Virus record (IMG/VR): IMGVR_UViG_2684623061_000003
Location: 2,999-66,998 of that record
Origin: a virus
Taxonomy: Duplodnaviria > Caudoviricetes
Length of the DNA stretch: 64,000 nucleotides
Direction: 5' to 3' (one strand)
Shown in pieces: positions 18,960 through 27,735 of this stretch. The notes below the pieces were generated by a model. That model worked only from the letters and a program-made list of their open reading frames with translations. It was not told the DNA's origin and did not search any database. Within the stretch, counting starts at the first letter, position 1, and every line of letters begins with the position of its first letter. A program made the translations under genes and the position numbers.

Positions 18960-19258
18960 CGGGCGTAGTTGTAGCCCTCGGGTCGGACATACAAAGTCGG
19001 ACGGCCCGGCGCTTCGCATCGAACTTCGAGCACCTCATTGCATATGCCGTCGAAGGCGGCCAGCCAGTCGCGGTCGCGCAGCAGCTGCCTTGCAAAGGCG
19101 TCGTATTCTTCGGCAGTTAGTTGCTTGACCGCGACGACCAGCGCCATCTCGGCGCGGATGTTGAGGTGGCTCAGCTCCCGATGGACCCAAGACAGGCTCT
19201 CGGCCTTGCGCACAAATCTGACCATCAGGTTGCGGGGCGTAACGGTCGTGGTGGTCAC
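18932..19258 (-). CDS. Small phage protein (DUF6329-like)
   Basis: EEYDAF...LL.DRDWL...LYVRPEGYNYARYVG; downstream of motif copy 1. Confidence 0.7.
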   Translation of the reverse strand: MTTTTVTPRNLMVRFVRKAESLSWVHRELSHLNIRAEMALVVAVKQLTAEEYDAFARQLLRDRDWLAAFDGICNEVLEVRCEAPGRPTLYVRPEGYNYARYVGLAVVG

Positions 19259-19285
19259 TGCGGTCTTCCTTGGTGGGCGTGCGGG

Positions 19286-19316
19286 CATGAACGCTTCAAT
19301 CTCAGCAGAAGCCAAG
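19286..19316 (-). promoter_or_regulatory. 31-bp motif copy 1 (cTTGGCTTC-N10-GAAGCGTTCATG)
   Basis: Plus strand catgaacgcttc aatctcagca gaagccaag. Confidence 0.8.
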
Positions 19317-19427
19317 TCATTCATCGCGGAAATGCGCGAAATTTCGACCTCGTTAAGGTGCCGGACAAGAACGAACTTTCTCCCTCCCGCAACGCGGCCG
19401 GGCGAAGCGCCCAGCCGCTCGCGTTCC

Positions 19428-20069
19428 TCATTCTTCCTCGTCGGCGGCGCCTTCGGCCGCGGTCGCCATCTCCTCGGTCTTTATGCGGTACGCGCGGTCT
19501 GCCTTGCCCTCCTTATTGCTGATCAGCTCATAGCCCTTCTTCTTCAGCGCGCCGGCAAAGAAGCCGCGCACCGAGTGCTGCTGCCAGTCGGTTGCGGCCA
19601 TCACCTGGGCAATGGTCACGCCTTCGGGACGCATCAACAGCGTGACCACTTGGTCGACACGGGTTTCCTTGCGCTTGGACGGCGCTGCTGCGGCGACCGG
19701 ACCAGCGTCCGCCGAGTCGCCAGCACTAGCCGCTCGCTCGCCGCTGTCCACGACACCGTTGTCCGTATCGCCCACGTCATCGTTGGCATCGGCATTGTCG
19801 TTGTTGACGATGTCGCTGCCGGTGACTCCGTCAAAGCCGACCCCAACCCTGTCGGGGTCTTCCGGGGGCTGGTGGCCCACGGCCTCGTAACCGGCGTCGG
19901 TCAGGATGTGACCAGCTCCTGCGGCGACGATGAAGCCGTTGTGCAGTAGACCGCGCACCACCGCCGTGCGCGCACCGCCGCCGAGGTTCTTCGGATAGTT
20001 CTCGATGCGACCCGCGGTCTCAATCGCGAGAAGGATCAGGGCGCGCTGGCTGTCGGTAAGCTTGTTCAT
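19428..20069 (-). CDS. DUF3489-like winged-helix protein
   Basis: VVTLLMRPEGVTIAQVMAATDWQQHSVRGFFAGALKKKG...RAYRI. Confidence 0.85.
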   Translation of the reverse strand: MNKLTDSQRALILLAIETAGRIENYPKNLGGGARTAVVRGLLHNGFIVAAGAGHILTDAGYEAVGHQPPEDPDRVGVGFDGVTGSDIVNNDNADANDDVGDTDNGVVDSGERAASAGDSADAGPVAAAAPSKRKETRVDQVVTLLMRPEGVTIAQVMAATDWQQHSVRGFFAGALKKKGYELISNKEGKADRAYRIKTEEMATAAEGAADEEE

Positions 20070-20140
20070 TACAGATTCCTTGGTAAGTGGTGGGTGTATT
20101 CGAGTGAGCGCGCCCCGTCGATTCGGGGCGCGCGGATGGT

Positions 20141-20371
20141 TCAGCCGGTGAGGATTTCGCCGATGGCTTTGCGGACATCGACCTCACCTTCGGCGATGGA
20201 GTGGATCACGTCGTCTGGGAGCTTTTGGAGGAAGAAGGTCGCGCGGCGTTCGATCTCGCGCTGGGCTACCTCTGTCCAGTCCGTCAGCACCGTGAGTTGG
20301 GCCAGCGCCGAGGGGGTGCCCGTCTTCATTCCGCGTAAGAAGTCCTTCAGGATTTGCGTTCCGTCTTGCAT
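20141..20371 (-). CDS. Small hypothetical protein
   Basis: GGAGG RBS before ATG 20371; downstream of motif copy 2; followed by hairpin gcgcgccccg/cggggcgcgc. Confidence 0.65.
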   Translation of the reverse strand: MQDGTQILKDFLRGMKTGTPSALAQLTVLTDWTEVAQREIERRATFFLQKLPDDVIHSIAEGEVDVRKAIGEILTG

Positions 20372-20404
20372 GTCTGGCCTCCGTGGCCGTCGTTGGTGTG
20401 GCGA

Positions 20405-20435
20405 CATGAACGCTTCCTTCGCCGACGAAGCCAAG
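20405..20435 (-). promoter_or_regulatory. 31-bp motif copy 2
   Basis: catgaacgcttc cttcgccgac gaagccaag. Confidence 0.8.
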
Positions 20436-20554
20436 CGAATGCAGCGATAAAGAACTATCGTGCTCAAACATAGACAGGTGTCGGACAGCTGCGCCGAACA
20501 GGAACGAAAACGCCCCCGCTTGGGGGCGTATGTGTTGTGCTTCGGAGAGTGAGT

Positions 20555-20944
20555 TCAGGCGATACGGCGTTGCCGGATGGCGGTCGGAATGAGCAAATCG
20601 CAGGCCTTTCGCTCAGTCCAGTGGTATGCGAGCGGCTCGATCTCCGGGATAGGCAAGGTGACCACGGTTTCAGCGCGCTGGTCGAGCGACCACTCGCTGG
20701 CTTCGCCTTCGCCGAGCCAAACGCCGCCCAGCATCGTATGTCGCTCCGGGGTAAGCGCGTCCACGTGGCTGCCGTTGGCCGCGCGTACCGCCGCCGCGTA
20801 GCCTGCTAAGTAGGCGGCGGTCAGCGCGGCGTCGATACCCCACACCGAAACGCTATGGAAGTCCAGGCTATCGCTGCCGCGGGTCTCGAGTATCGCTACA
20901 TCCAAGTGCTGCTGCGCGATGGTAGTGAGCGTCTTCTTATTCAT
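20555..20944 (-). CDS. DUF6900-like protein
   Basis: IAQQHL.V..LETRGSDSLDFHSVSVWGI.AAL.AAY.AG; GGAGG RBS. Confidence 0.8.
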   Translation of the reverse strand: MNKKTLTTIAQQHLDVAILETRGSDSLDFHSVSVWGIDAALTAAYLAGYAAAVRAANGSHVDALTPERHTMLGGVWLGEGEASEWSLDQRAETVVTLPIPEIEPLAYHWTERKACDLLIPTAIRQRRIA

Positions 20945-20978
20945 GACAGCCTCCGTGGCCGTGCGTGTTGGGTGCACG

Positions 20979-21009
20979 CATGAACGCTTCCGTTTCGCCG
21001 GAAGCCAAG
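20979..21009 (-). promoter_or_regulatory. 31-bp motif copy 3
   Basis: catgaacgcttc cgtttcgccg gaagccaag. Confidence 0.8.
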
Positions 21010-21129
21010 CGAACCCGTCGCCATATCCGGGCATCCACCGTCGCCAGACAACCGCCGTACAGCTGAGGCCGTGTGATTCTCTGGTAACTAAACAGAACGG
21101 GGGAATGGTCATTCTTCTTCCAATATCCA

Positions 21130-21160
21130 CTTGGCTTCCCGACCGAAGGAAGCGTTCATG
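21130..21160 (+). promoter_or_regulatory. 31-bp motif copy 4
   Basis: cttggcttc ccgaccgaag gaagcgttcatg. Confidence 0.8.
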
Positions 21161-21187
21161 TCGGTGCCGCGACGACGCGGTGAATCC

Positions 21188-21751
21188 ATGGAACATATGA
21201 TGAGCGACTTCCGGACGCCCGACCGTTCAGTACTCGCGCACGTCAGATTGCAAGGCATGCACAGATGCATTGAGCTACTCTTGCTATCCAATGCCCGGAT
21301 ATTTGAAGGACCTACGCGGGCGCCCTTGGTTGGGTGCTATGCCCTCGCCAGCGCGCTGTCTGCTCACTGCACTTCTCTTCGGGCCAGTCGGCTCGATCCG
21401 GAAGCGCTGATCTGGTTGCTAAAGGTTTGTAGAGACGAACTGGAGCCCCTGGAAAAGTCCAACGGGCAAGGCAATGGTCGGTCCGAGAAGCGCCGCGTCC
21501 CTGGCAAGTTTTGCGAAGATGAAGTAACCCTTCGATGGTTGCATAGCGCGATTAGCCGCTACCTAGACGAGCAGGAGCCCCAATCGACGCCTCGGCCGGT
21601 ACGTCAACTCGAACGCCTTCTGAGGCAGGCCGAGCTGCTGACGATTTGGGACATACCGGATGCGGATTACGAGAAGGGCTTGCGAGCGAGTATTCGGGGA
21701 CTGAAGCGCGCGGTGCGGGCGGCGTTCGGTTCACCGTCTGGTTGGGGGTAA
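21188..21751 (+). CDS. Hypothetical protein, paralog family A
   Basis: Aligns by eye with 22865-23395 (CIE.LLL.N..IF, F.EDE..LR.L...I.RYL...EP, LLT.WD..D..YE.GLR.SIRG). Confidence 0.75.
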   Translation: MEHMMSDFRTPDRSVLAHVRLQGMHRCIELLLLSNARIFEGPTRAPLVGCYALASALSAHCTSLRASRLDPEALIWLLKVCRDELEPLEKSNGQGNGRSEKRRVPGKFCEDEVTLRWLHSAISRYLDEQEPQSTPRPVRQLERLLRQAELLTIWDIPDADYEKGLRASIRGLKRAVRAAFGSPSGWG

Positions 21752-22299
21752 GTCAACCATTCACGCCAGCCTGCGACGGCTGGCCGGGCCGGCTCTCTTC
21801 CGAAACGTTGGCCTGCGGCTTCCTGTCCGTCCGCTGTCCCGTCCCTGCGGTCCGCAAACGAGTCGCTTGGCTTTGTCCCGAGTGGACACACGGCGTTTGC
21901 GGCGTAGAGGCGTGCGCTTCATTGGCACGATTCATCAAACCCTGGGCCCGCCTTGACCGTGCGCGGTGCACTGAACCCGTTGAAGTTTGCTCGCGCGTGG
22001 CCGCCGCCGAAGATGAACTTCGGGACTGGGAGCGGCGGGTAAGAAGCGGATTCAACCCAATCAAACGTCGACCCAAACGACGCAACGAGGCCGTCGCCAG
22101 CGCCCTCTCGGATGTGGCGCACCGGATTGATGACTACCTCCAGTGCCGACCGGCGCTGACGCCACGCCAGTGGGTTGAACAGGCGCTCACGGTGGTCGAG
22201 CGATTGCATGTATGGCGGCCCCGCGACGCTGAGTATCAGCACGGAATCAGCCTCGCGCTCAGCGGGCTGGAGCAATCGCTAGGCCAGTTGCCGGAGTAG
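21646..22299 (+). CDS. Hypothetical protein, distant paralog family A (true start uncertain, probably downstream of 21751)
   Basis: C-terminal IDDYL...W...DAEYQHGI...L.GL pattern. Confidence 0.5.
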   Translation: MGHTGCGLREGLASEYSGTEARGAGGVRFTVWLGVSQPFTPACDGWPGRLSSETLACGFLSVRCPVPAVRKRVAWLCPEWTHGVCGVEACASLARFIKPWARLDRARCTEPVEVCSRVAAAEDELRDWERRVRSGFNPIKRRPKRRNEAVASALSDVAHRIDDYLQCRPALTPRQWVEQALTVVERLHVWRPRDAEYQHGISLALSGLEQSLGQLPE

Positions 22300-22362
22300 A
22301 CGCAGACGGTCTATGCGAAGCTGTCGGGGACCTGTCTGCTGGTGCAAATGCGACGTCATGCT

Positions 22363-22393
22363 ATTGGCTTCTGCGGAGAAGGAAGCGTTCATG
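22363..22393 (+). promoter_or_regulatory. 31-bp motif copy 5
   Basis: attggcttc tgcggagaag gaagcgttcatg. Confidence 0.8.
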
Positions 22394-22430
22394 ACGACGC
22401 CGCAACGACGCGGCGAAAGGGGAGACGACG

Positions 22431-22679
22431 ATGGCAAATGTGGCTGACTGCCGATTCCAGAGCACCGCATCGGATCTGGCGGACTGCGAACAGGCCTTGG
22501 CAGAAATGTCCGATGGCGATCCACCCCGACTCAGTGAAGAGGAGTTGCGGGCGGCACAGCGCTTGGTCAGCTGCTGCCTGAACATCGTGCAGCTGCTGGC
22601 CGAGCGCGGATCGTTGGATTTTGAGCCCGATATGGATCTGAATTCGGTGCTCGATGAGCTGAACGAAGCGGCGTCCTAA
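22431..22679 (+). CDS. Small acidic phage protein
   Basis: MAN...CRFQ.T..DL.DC N-terminus; GGGGAG RBS; downstream terminator. Confidence 0.7.
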   Translation: MANVADCRFQSTASDLADCEQALAEMSDGDPPRLSEEELRAAQRLVSCCLNIVQLLAERGSLDFEPDMDLNSVLDELNEAAS

Positions 22680-22693
22680 TACAGCGAGAGAGC

Positions 22694-22724
22694 AAACCCC
22701 AGCGCCCAAAGGGTGCTGGGGTTT
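22694..22724 (+). terminator. Intrinsic terminator
   Basis: aaaccccagcgccc-aaa-gggtgctggggttt. Confidence 0.7.
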
Positions 22725-22796
22725 CCCTCTTCCTGATCACGCAGATTGGGTTCTTGTCTGACACCTGTACCGTTTTGCGAACCGCGACCGGCACCG

Positions 22797-22827
22797 CTTT
22801 GCTTCCTCTTGGAAGGAAGCGTTCATG
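22797..22827 (+). promoter_or_regulatory. 31-bp motif copy 6
   Basis: ctttgcttc ctcttggaag gaagcgttcatg. Confidence 0.8.
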
Positions 22828-22864
22828 ACTATGCCGCACCAATGCGGTACACGGAGATGAGGGC

Positions 22865-23395
22865 ATGAACGATGCTGAATTGAGGGTGCGGGCAGAGCTG
22901 CTGAGCCTGCGCGACTGTATTGAGCGGATTCTTTTGGCGAATGGGCCAATATTCGATTCCGGTCATAAGCTGACGCTGCGGGTTTGTCACGGGTTTCTAC
23001 ATCTTCTCTCGGCGAACATCATTGCCGCCCGGTCGATTCGGATCTATCCGGGGAACGTCATTCGTTGGACTGAGCTTTGTCGGCTGGAGTTGATCGTACT
23101 AGAACGAGCTATCGACCCAGTAGGCGGCTGGAACAAGCGGCGCGAGTTGCCCCTTGAATTCAGCGAGGACGAGTTGGTCCTGCGAGGGCTATACGACCAT
23201 ATCGACCGTTATCTCGAAGGACTGGAGCCCGAGTACGCGCCGCTGCCTGCGCAAGTTCTGGACCGGGTCTTGCGACAACTTAAGCTGCTGACGGGCTGGG
23301 ATGTGGCGGACGAGCAGTACGAGCTTGGCTTGCGGTTCAGTATCCGGGGTGCGAACTGCGCCCACGCCGCTGCGGAATGTGCGCCCAGTCATTAG
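22865..23395 (+). CDS. Hypothetical protein, paralog family A
   Basis: See 21188-21751; followed by hairpin acacccttgctccc/gggagcaggggtgt. Confidence 0.75.
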   Translation: MNDAELRVRAELLSLRDCIERILLANGPIFDSGHKLTLRVCHGFLHLLSANIIAARSIRIYPGNVIRWTELCRLELIVLERAIDPVGGWNKRRELPLEFSEDELVLRGLYDHIDRYLEGLEPEYAPLPAQVLDRVLRQLKLLTGWDVADEQYELGLRFSIRGANCAHAAAECAPSH

Positions 23396-23520
23396 CGACC
23401 ACCGCGCGAGAGCGCACACCCTTGCTCCCCATGGGAGCAGGGGTGTTCCCTCTTTCCTCCACCACCTGATCTGCCCCGAACGCCGGTGGCCGCGGAGGCT
23501 GACCCGAATCGAATCATGAC

Positions 23521-24072
23521 GTGGGAATTTCCATCCGTGCTTACGGCCGCCATCGCGGCGTGTCCGACACCGCCGTGCGCAAGGCCATTGCGACCGGCCG
23601 CATCACCGCCGAGGCGGACGGCACGATCAATCCGGCTCGCGCGGATGCCGAATGGGCGGCTAGCACCCGCACCCGAGATCCGCCCCTGACGGCGCCATCG
23701 CGGCCGGTGAGAGCGCGCGCGGCGACCGCAGCCAACGTAGACGACATGGCCAGCGTAGCACCGGTCGCTGGCAACGGCGGCGGCAATACTTACGCGCAGG
23801 CACGCACTGCCAATGAGGTGCTCAAGGCCCAACACCATAAGCTGCGTATCGCCCAGCTCAAGGGCGAACTCATCGACAGGTCGCAGGCGATGGCTCAGGT
23901 GTTCGCGCTGGCGCGCGCTGAGCGCGACGCCTGGTTGAACTGGCCCGCGCGGATCAGCTCAATGCTGGCCGCCGAACTGGACGTAGATCCGCATGTCATA
24001 CATGTCGCGCTAGAGCGCGAGGTGCGACAGCACCTGACCGAACTCGCGGAGTTCAACGCTCGACTGGATTGA
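23521..24072 (+). CDS. Terminase small subunit-like protein
   Basis: N-terminal HTH SIRAYGRHRGVSDTAVRKAI, KGELID; directly upstream of TerL. Confidence 0.8.
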   Translation: MGISIRAYGRHRGVSDTAVRKAIATGRITAEADGTINPARADAEWAASTRTRDPPLTAPSRPVRARAATAANVDDMASVAPVAGNGGGNTYAQARTANEVLKAQHHKLRIAQLKGELIDRSQAMAQVFALARAERDAWLNWPARISSMLAAELDVDPHVIHVALEREVRQHLTELAEFNARLD

Positions 24073-24075
24073 TTC

Positions 24076-26022
24076 TTGTACGACGGCTTCGACCACGTTG
24101 AGAAGGCGTGGCGCGATGGCCTGACACCCGATCCGTTCCTCGATGTCTCCGAGTGGGCGGATCGCGACCGGGTCCTGTCCAGCACCTCATCGTCAGAGCC
24201 GGGTCGCTGGCGCACCGCGCGCACGCCGTACCTACGCGACATCATGAACGACCTGTCGCCTGCCTCGGCGACGGAGCGCGTGGTCTTCATGAAGGGCGCG
24301 CAGGTCGGCGGCACCGAGTGCGGCAACAACTGGATCGGCTACGTCATCGCCTGTGCGCCGGGCCCGATGATGGCCGTGGCGCCCACGGTCGAGATGGCCA
24401 AGCGCAACTCGAAACAGCGCATCGACCCGCTGATCGAGGAATCGCCCTCGTTGCGCGAGCGTATTGCGCCGTCTCGGGCGCGCGACGCCGGCAACACGAT
24501 CCTGGCCAAGGAGTTCCGCGGCGGCGTCCTGGTCCTGACGGGCGCAAATAGCGCAGTGGGCCTGCGCTCCATGCCGGTGCGCTACCTGTTTTTGGACGAA
24601 GTGGACGGCTATCCGCGCGACGTGGAGGGCGAAGGCGACGCGGTGGCGCTGGCCGAGGCCCGTACCCGTACCTTCACCCGCCGCAAGATCCTGCTGGTCT
24701 CGACGCCGACGATTGCCGGAGCCAGCACCATCGAACGCGAGTACCTGGCCTCCGACCAGCGCCGGTACTTCGTGCCGTGTCCGCACTGCGCCCACGAGCA
24801 GTGGCTGCGGTTCGAGCAGCTGCGCTGGACCTGGGGCGACCCGCGTTCTGCCCGCTATATCTGCGAGGCCTGCGAGGAGCCAATCGGGGAGCACCACAAG
24901 ACGGCGATGCTCGCGGCGGGTCGCTGGATCGCCACGGCGCCGAAGAACAAAGGCAAGACCGCCGGCTACCACCTGTCGTCGTTGTACTCGCCGGTGGGCT
25001 GGCGCAGTTGGGCCGATATCGCCGCCGCCTGGGAATCGGCTCAAGGTTCCGCGACGGCGCTGAAGGCGTTCAAGAACACCGAGCTCGGGGAAACCTGGGA
25101 AGAGGAAGGCGAGGCCCCGGACTGGGAGCGCCTGCTGGAGCGCCGGGAGGACTATCGGATCGGCACGGTGCCGACCGGTGGCTTGATGCTGACCGGCGGC
25201 GCCGACATCCAGAAGGACCGGATCGAGGTCTCGGTTTGGGCCTTCGGCCGGGGCCGTGAGACCTGGCTTGTCGAGCATCGCGTGTTGATGGGCGACACCG
25301 CCCGCGCTGCGGTCTGGAATGAGTTGGGTGCGCTTCTGTCAGAACGCTGGACCCACGCCAGCGGCGCACTGTTGCCGCTGACTCGGCTGGGCTTGGACAC
25401 CGGCTTCGCGACGCAGGAGGCCTATGCGTTCGCGCGCGGCGTCCAAGACCCACGGCTGTTGCCGATGAAGGGTATCGGCAGCGGTGCGGCGCTGATCGGC
25501 ACGCCCACCGCGGTCGACGTCAGCGTGCCGGGCAAGCGGTTGCGCCGGGGGCTGAAGCTGTTCGCCATTGCGGGCGGCATCGCCAAACTGGAGTTCTACA
25601 ACGCCCTGCGTTTGTCGATTGAGATCGGTCCGGACGGGCAGCCGGCATTTCCGGCCGGCTACGTCCATCTGCCGAAGATCGACGGCGAGTTTCTTCAGCA
25701 GTTGACGGCCGAGCACTTGATTACCCGCCGGGACCGCCATGGATACCCGGTTCGGGCCTGGGAGAAGCGGCGGGATCGAAACGAGGCTTTGGACTGCTAC
25801 GTCATGGCACGCGCCGCGGCGATGCAGGCCGGTGTCGATCGCTTCGAGGAGCGCCATTGGCGCGAGATGGAGCGATCGCTCGGGCTTGTGCCGCCATCGA
25901 CTTCTTCACCACCGGTCGTACCGGTCTATCCATCCGTCGAGGCCACCCCACCGGGTGGCCTTTCCATTTCCGCACCCGCGCGCCGAGGGCGCCGGGTCAT
26001 TCAAAGCCGTTTCATGCGATGA
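24076..26022 (+). CDS. Terminase large subunit (lambda gpA family)
   Basis: RTPYLR, MKGAQVGGTE, FLDEVD, STPT, VPCPHC, ADIQKDR, RNEALDC. Confidence 0.95.
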   Translation: MYDGFDHVEKAWRDGLTPDPFLDVSEWADRDRVLSSTSSSEPGRWRTARTPYLRDIMNDLSPASATERVVFMKGAQVGGTECGNNWIGYVIACAPGPMMAVAPTVEMAKRNSKQRIDPLIEESPSLRERIAPSRARDAGNTILAKEFRGGVLVLTGANSAVGLRSMPVRYLFLDEVDGYPRDVEGEGDAVALAEARTRTFTRRKILLVSTPTIAGASTIEREYLASDQRRYFVPCPHCAHEQWLRFEQLRWTWGDPRSARYICEACEEPIGEHHKTAMLAAGRWIATAPKNKGKTAGYHLSSLYSPVGWRSWADIAAAWESAQGSATALKAFKNTELGETWEEEGEAPDWERLLERREDYRIGTVPTGGLMLTGGADIQKDRIEVSVWAFGRGRETWLVEHRVLMGDTARAAVWNELGALLSERWTHASGALLPLTRLGLDTGFATQEAYAFARGVQDPRLLPMKGIGSGAALIGTPTAVDVSVPGKRLRRGLKLFAIAGGIAKLEFYNALRLSIEIGPDGQPAFPAGYVHLPKIDGEFLQQLTAEHLITRRDRHGYPVRAWEKRRDRNEALDCYVMARAAAMQAGVDRFEERHWREMERSLGLVPPSTSSPPVVPVYPSVEATPPGGLSISAPARRGRRVIQSRFMR

Positions 26023-26237
26023 GCAATCTTCCCTACACCCACGAACAGCTCCATACGCTGCGAGCCGCACTCACCAGAGGTGAGCGTCGCGTGAGTTTTG
26101 GTGATCGTCTGGTCGAGTACCGGTCGGTCGATGAGCTGCTGGCCGCGATCCGTGAGATCGAGGCCGCGCTCGCCGGCACCGAGGGTCATTCCCGCCGAGT
26201 ACGCCGTTTGCGGACCACCACCTCCAAGGGTTTCTGA
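26019..26237 (+). CDS. gpW-like head-tail joining protein
   Basis: L..LRAAL..GERRVSFGDR.VEYRSVDEL; between TerL and portal. Confidence 0.85.
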   Translation: MSNLPYTHEQLHTLRAALTRGERRVSFGDRLVEYRSVDELLAAIREIEAALAGTEGHSRRVRRLRTTTSKGF

Positions 26238-26238
26238 C

Positions 26239-27735
26239 TTGAGTTGGTGGTCCCGGCTCCGAACCTCGATGTTCGGAAGCTCGCCCCTGCACGAAGCGGC
26301 TGGTTACGGCCGCCGCTCGACCGCCTGGCAACCCAACAATCCGGGGGCAGTGGCCGCGTTGCTGGCGACCGGCGACGCCCTGCGGGTGCGCTCGCGCGAC
26401 CTGGTCCGCCGCAATGCCTGGGCCAATGCCGCGGTTGAGGCATTCGTCGCCAATGCGGTCGGCACCGGCATCAAACCGCAGTCGCTCATCACCGACCAAG
26501 GCCCGCGCGAGGCGCTGCAAGCGCTTTGGCGCGAGTGGTGCGACGAGGCCGACGCGGCAGGACTGACCGATCTGTACGGATTGCAGGCGCTGGCCTGCCG
26601 CGCGCTGCTGGAGGGCGGCGAGTGCCTGGTCCGGCTGCGCCCGCGCCGCGCCGAGGACGGCCTGTCGGTCCCCCTGCAGTTGCAGTTGCTCGAACCCGAG
26701 CATCTGCCGATGTCTCTCAATCGGGAAGAGCCGAACGGCAACTTGATTCGGGCCGGCATCGAGTTCGACCGCCTCGGTCGACGCGTGGCGTACCACCTGT
26801 ATCTGTCGCACCCGCAGGACGGGGCGATGGCGCCAATGTCGCGGCACGGCGGGATGGAAACGTTCCGGGTGCCAGCGTCGGAGATCCTGCATATCTTCCG
26901 GCCGCTGCGGCCGGGCCAGATCCGCGGCGAGCCGTGGTTGGCCCGCGCGCTGGTCAAGCTCAACGAGCTGGACCAGTACGACGACGCCGAACTGGTTCGA
27001 AAGAAGACCGCGGCGATGTTTGCCGGTTTCATCACCCGCGACGGTCCGGAAGACCCCTTGCCCGGGGACGGGCCGCCCGACGAATCGGGCAACGCACCGC
27101 TCGGCCTGGAACCGGGCACGTTGCAGATTCTGGAGGCCGGCGAGAACGTCACCTTCTCGCAACCGGCGGATGTGGGGTCGAGCTACGACCCGTTCCTGCG
27201 CGCGCAGTTTCGTGCCGTCGCCGCGGCCATCGGCATCACTTACGAGCAGCTCACCGGCGATCTGTCGGGGGTGAACTACTCGTCGATCCGGGCCGGCCTA
27301 CTCGAGTTCCGCCGCCGCTGCGAGATGGTCCAGCACGCGGTGCTGGTCTACCAGCTGTGCCGGCCGATCTGGAATGCGTTCGTCGATGCGGCGGTGCTGT
27401 CGGGCGCCATCGAACTGCCCGGCTACCGCCGTCGCAAGCGCCAGTACCGCGCCTGCAAGTGGGTGCCGCAGGGCTGGAGCTGGGTCGATCCCGAGAAGGA
27501 GTTCAACGCGATGATCCTGGCGATCCGCGCCGGACTGTTGTCGCGCTCCGAGGCGATCGCCAGCTCCGGTTACGACGCCGAGACCATCGACCGCGAAATC
27601 GCCGCCGATGCCCAGCGCGCTGACGCCCTCGGCCTGGTGCTCGACACCGATCCGCGCGTCGTCGCCCGCAACGGCGTCAAACACGCCCCACCGCCGGCCG
27701 ACACGCCGGCCCCCGAACCGAAACCTACGCCATGA
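26239..27735 (+). CDS. Portal protein, lambda family
   Basis: LRVRSRDLVRRN, RPGQIRG.PW, TGDLSGVNYSSIRAG, WVDPEKE. Confidence 0.95.
   Translation: MSWWSRLRTSMFGSSPLHEAAGYGRRSTAWQPNNPGAVAALLATGDALRVRSRDLVRRNAWANAAVEAFVANAVGTGIKPQSLITDQGPREALQALWREWCDEADAAGLTDLYGLQALACRALLEGGECLVRLRPRRAEDGLSVPLQLQLLEPEHLPMSLNREEPNGNLIRAGIEFDRLGRRVAYHLYLSHPQDGAMAPMSRHGGMETFRVPASEILHIFRPLRPGQIRGEPWLARALVKLNELDQYDDAELVRKKTAAMFAGFITRDGPEDPLPGDGPPDESGNAPLGLEPGTLQILEAGENVTFSQPADVGSSYDPFLRAQFRAVAAAIGITYEQLTGDLSGVNYSSIRAGLLEFRRRCEMVQHAVLVYQLCRPIWNAFVDAAVLSGAIELPGYRRRKRQYRACKWVPQGWSWVDPEKEFNAMILAIRAGLLSRSEAIASSGYDAETIDREIAADAQRADALGLVLDTDPRVVARNGVKHAPPPADTPAPEPKPTP

Noticed and set aside
19286-22827. 31-bp repeats as a CRISPR array or integron attC sites
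   Set aside because: Copies are 120-1200 bp apart, in both orientations, with a variable core and placed upstream of genes; no attC R-box structure or tyrosine integrase
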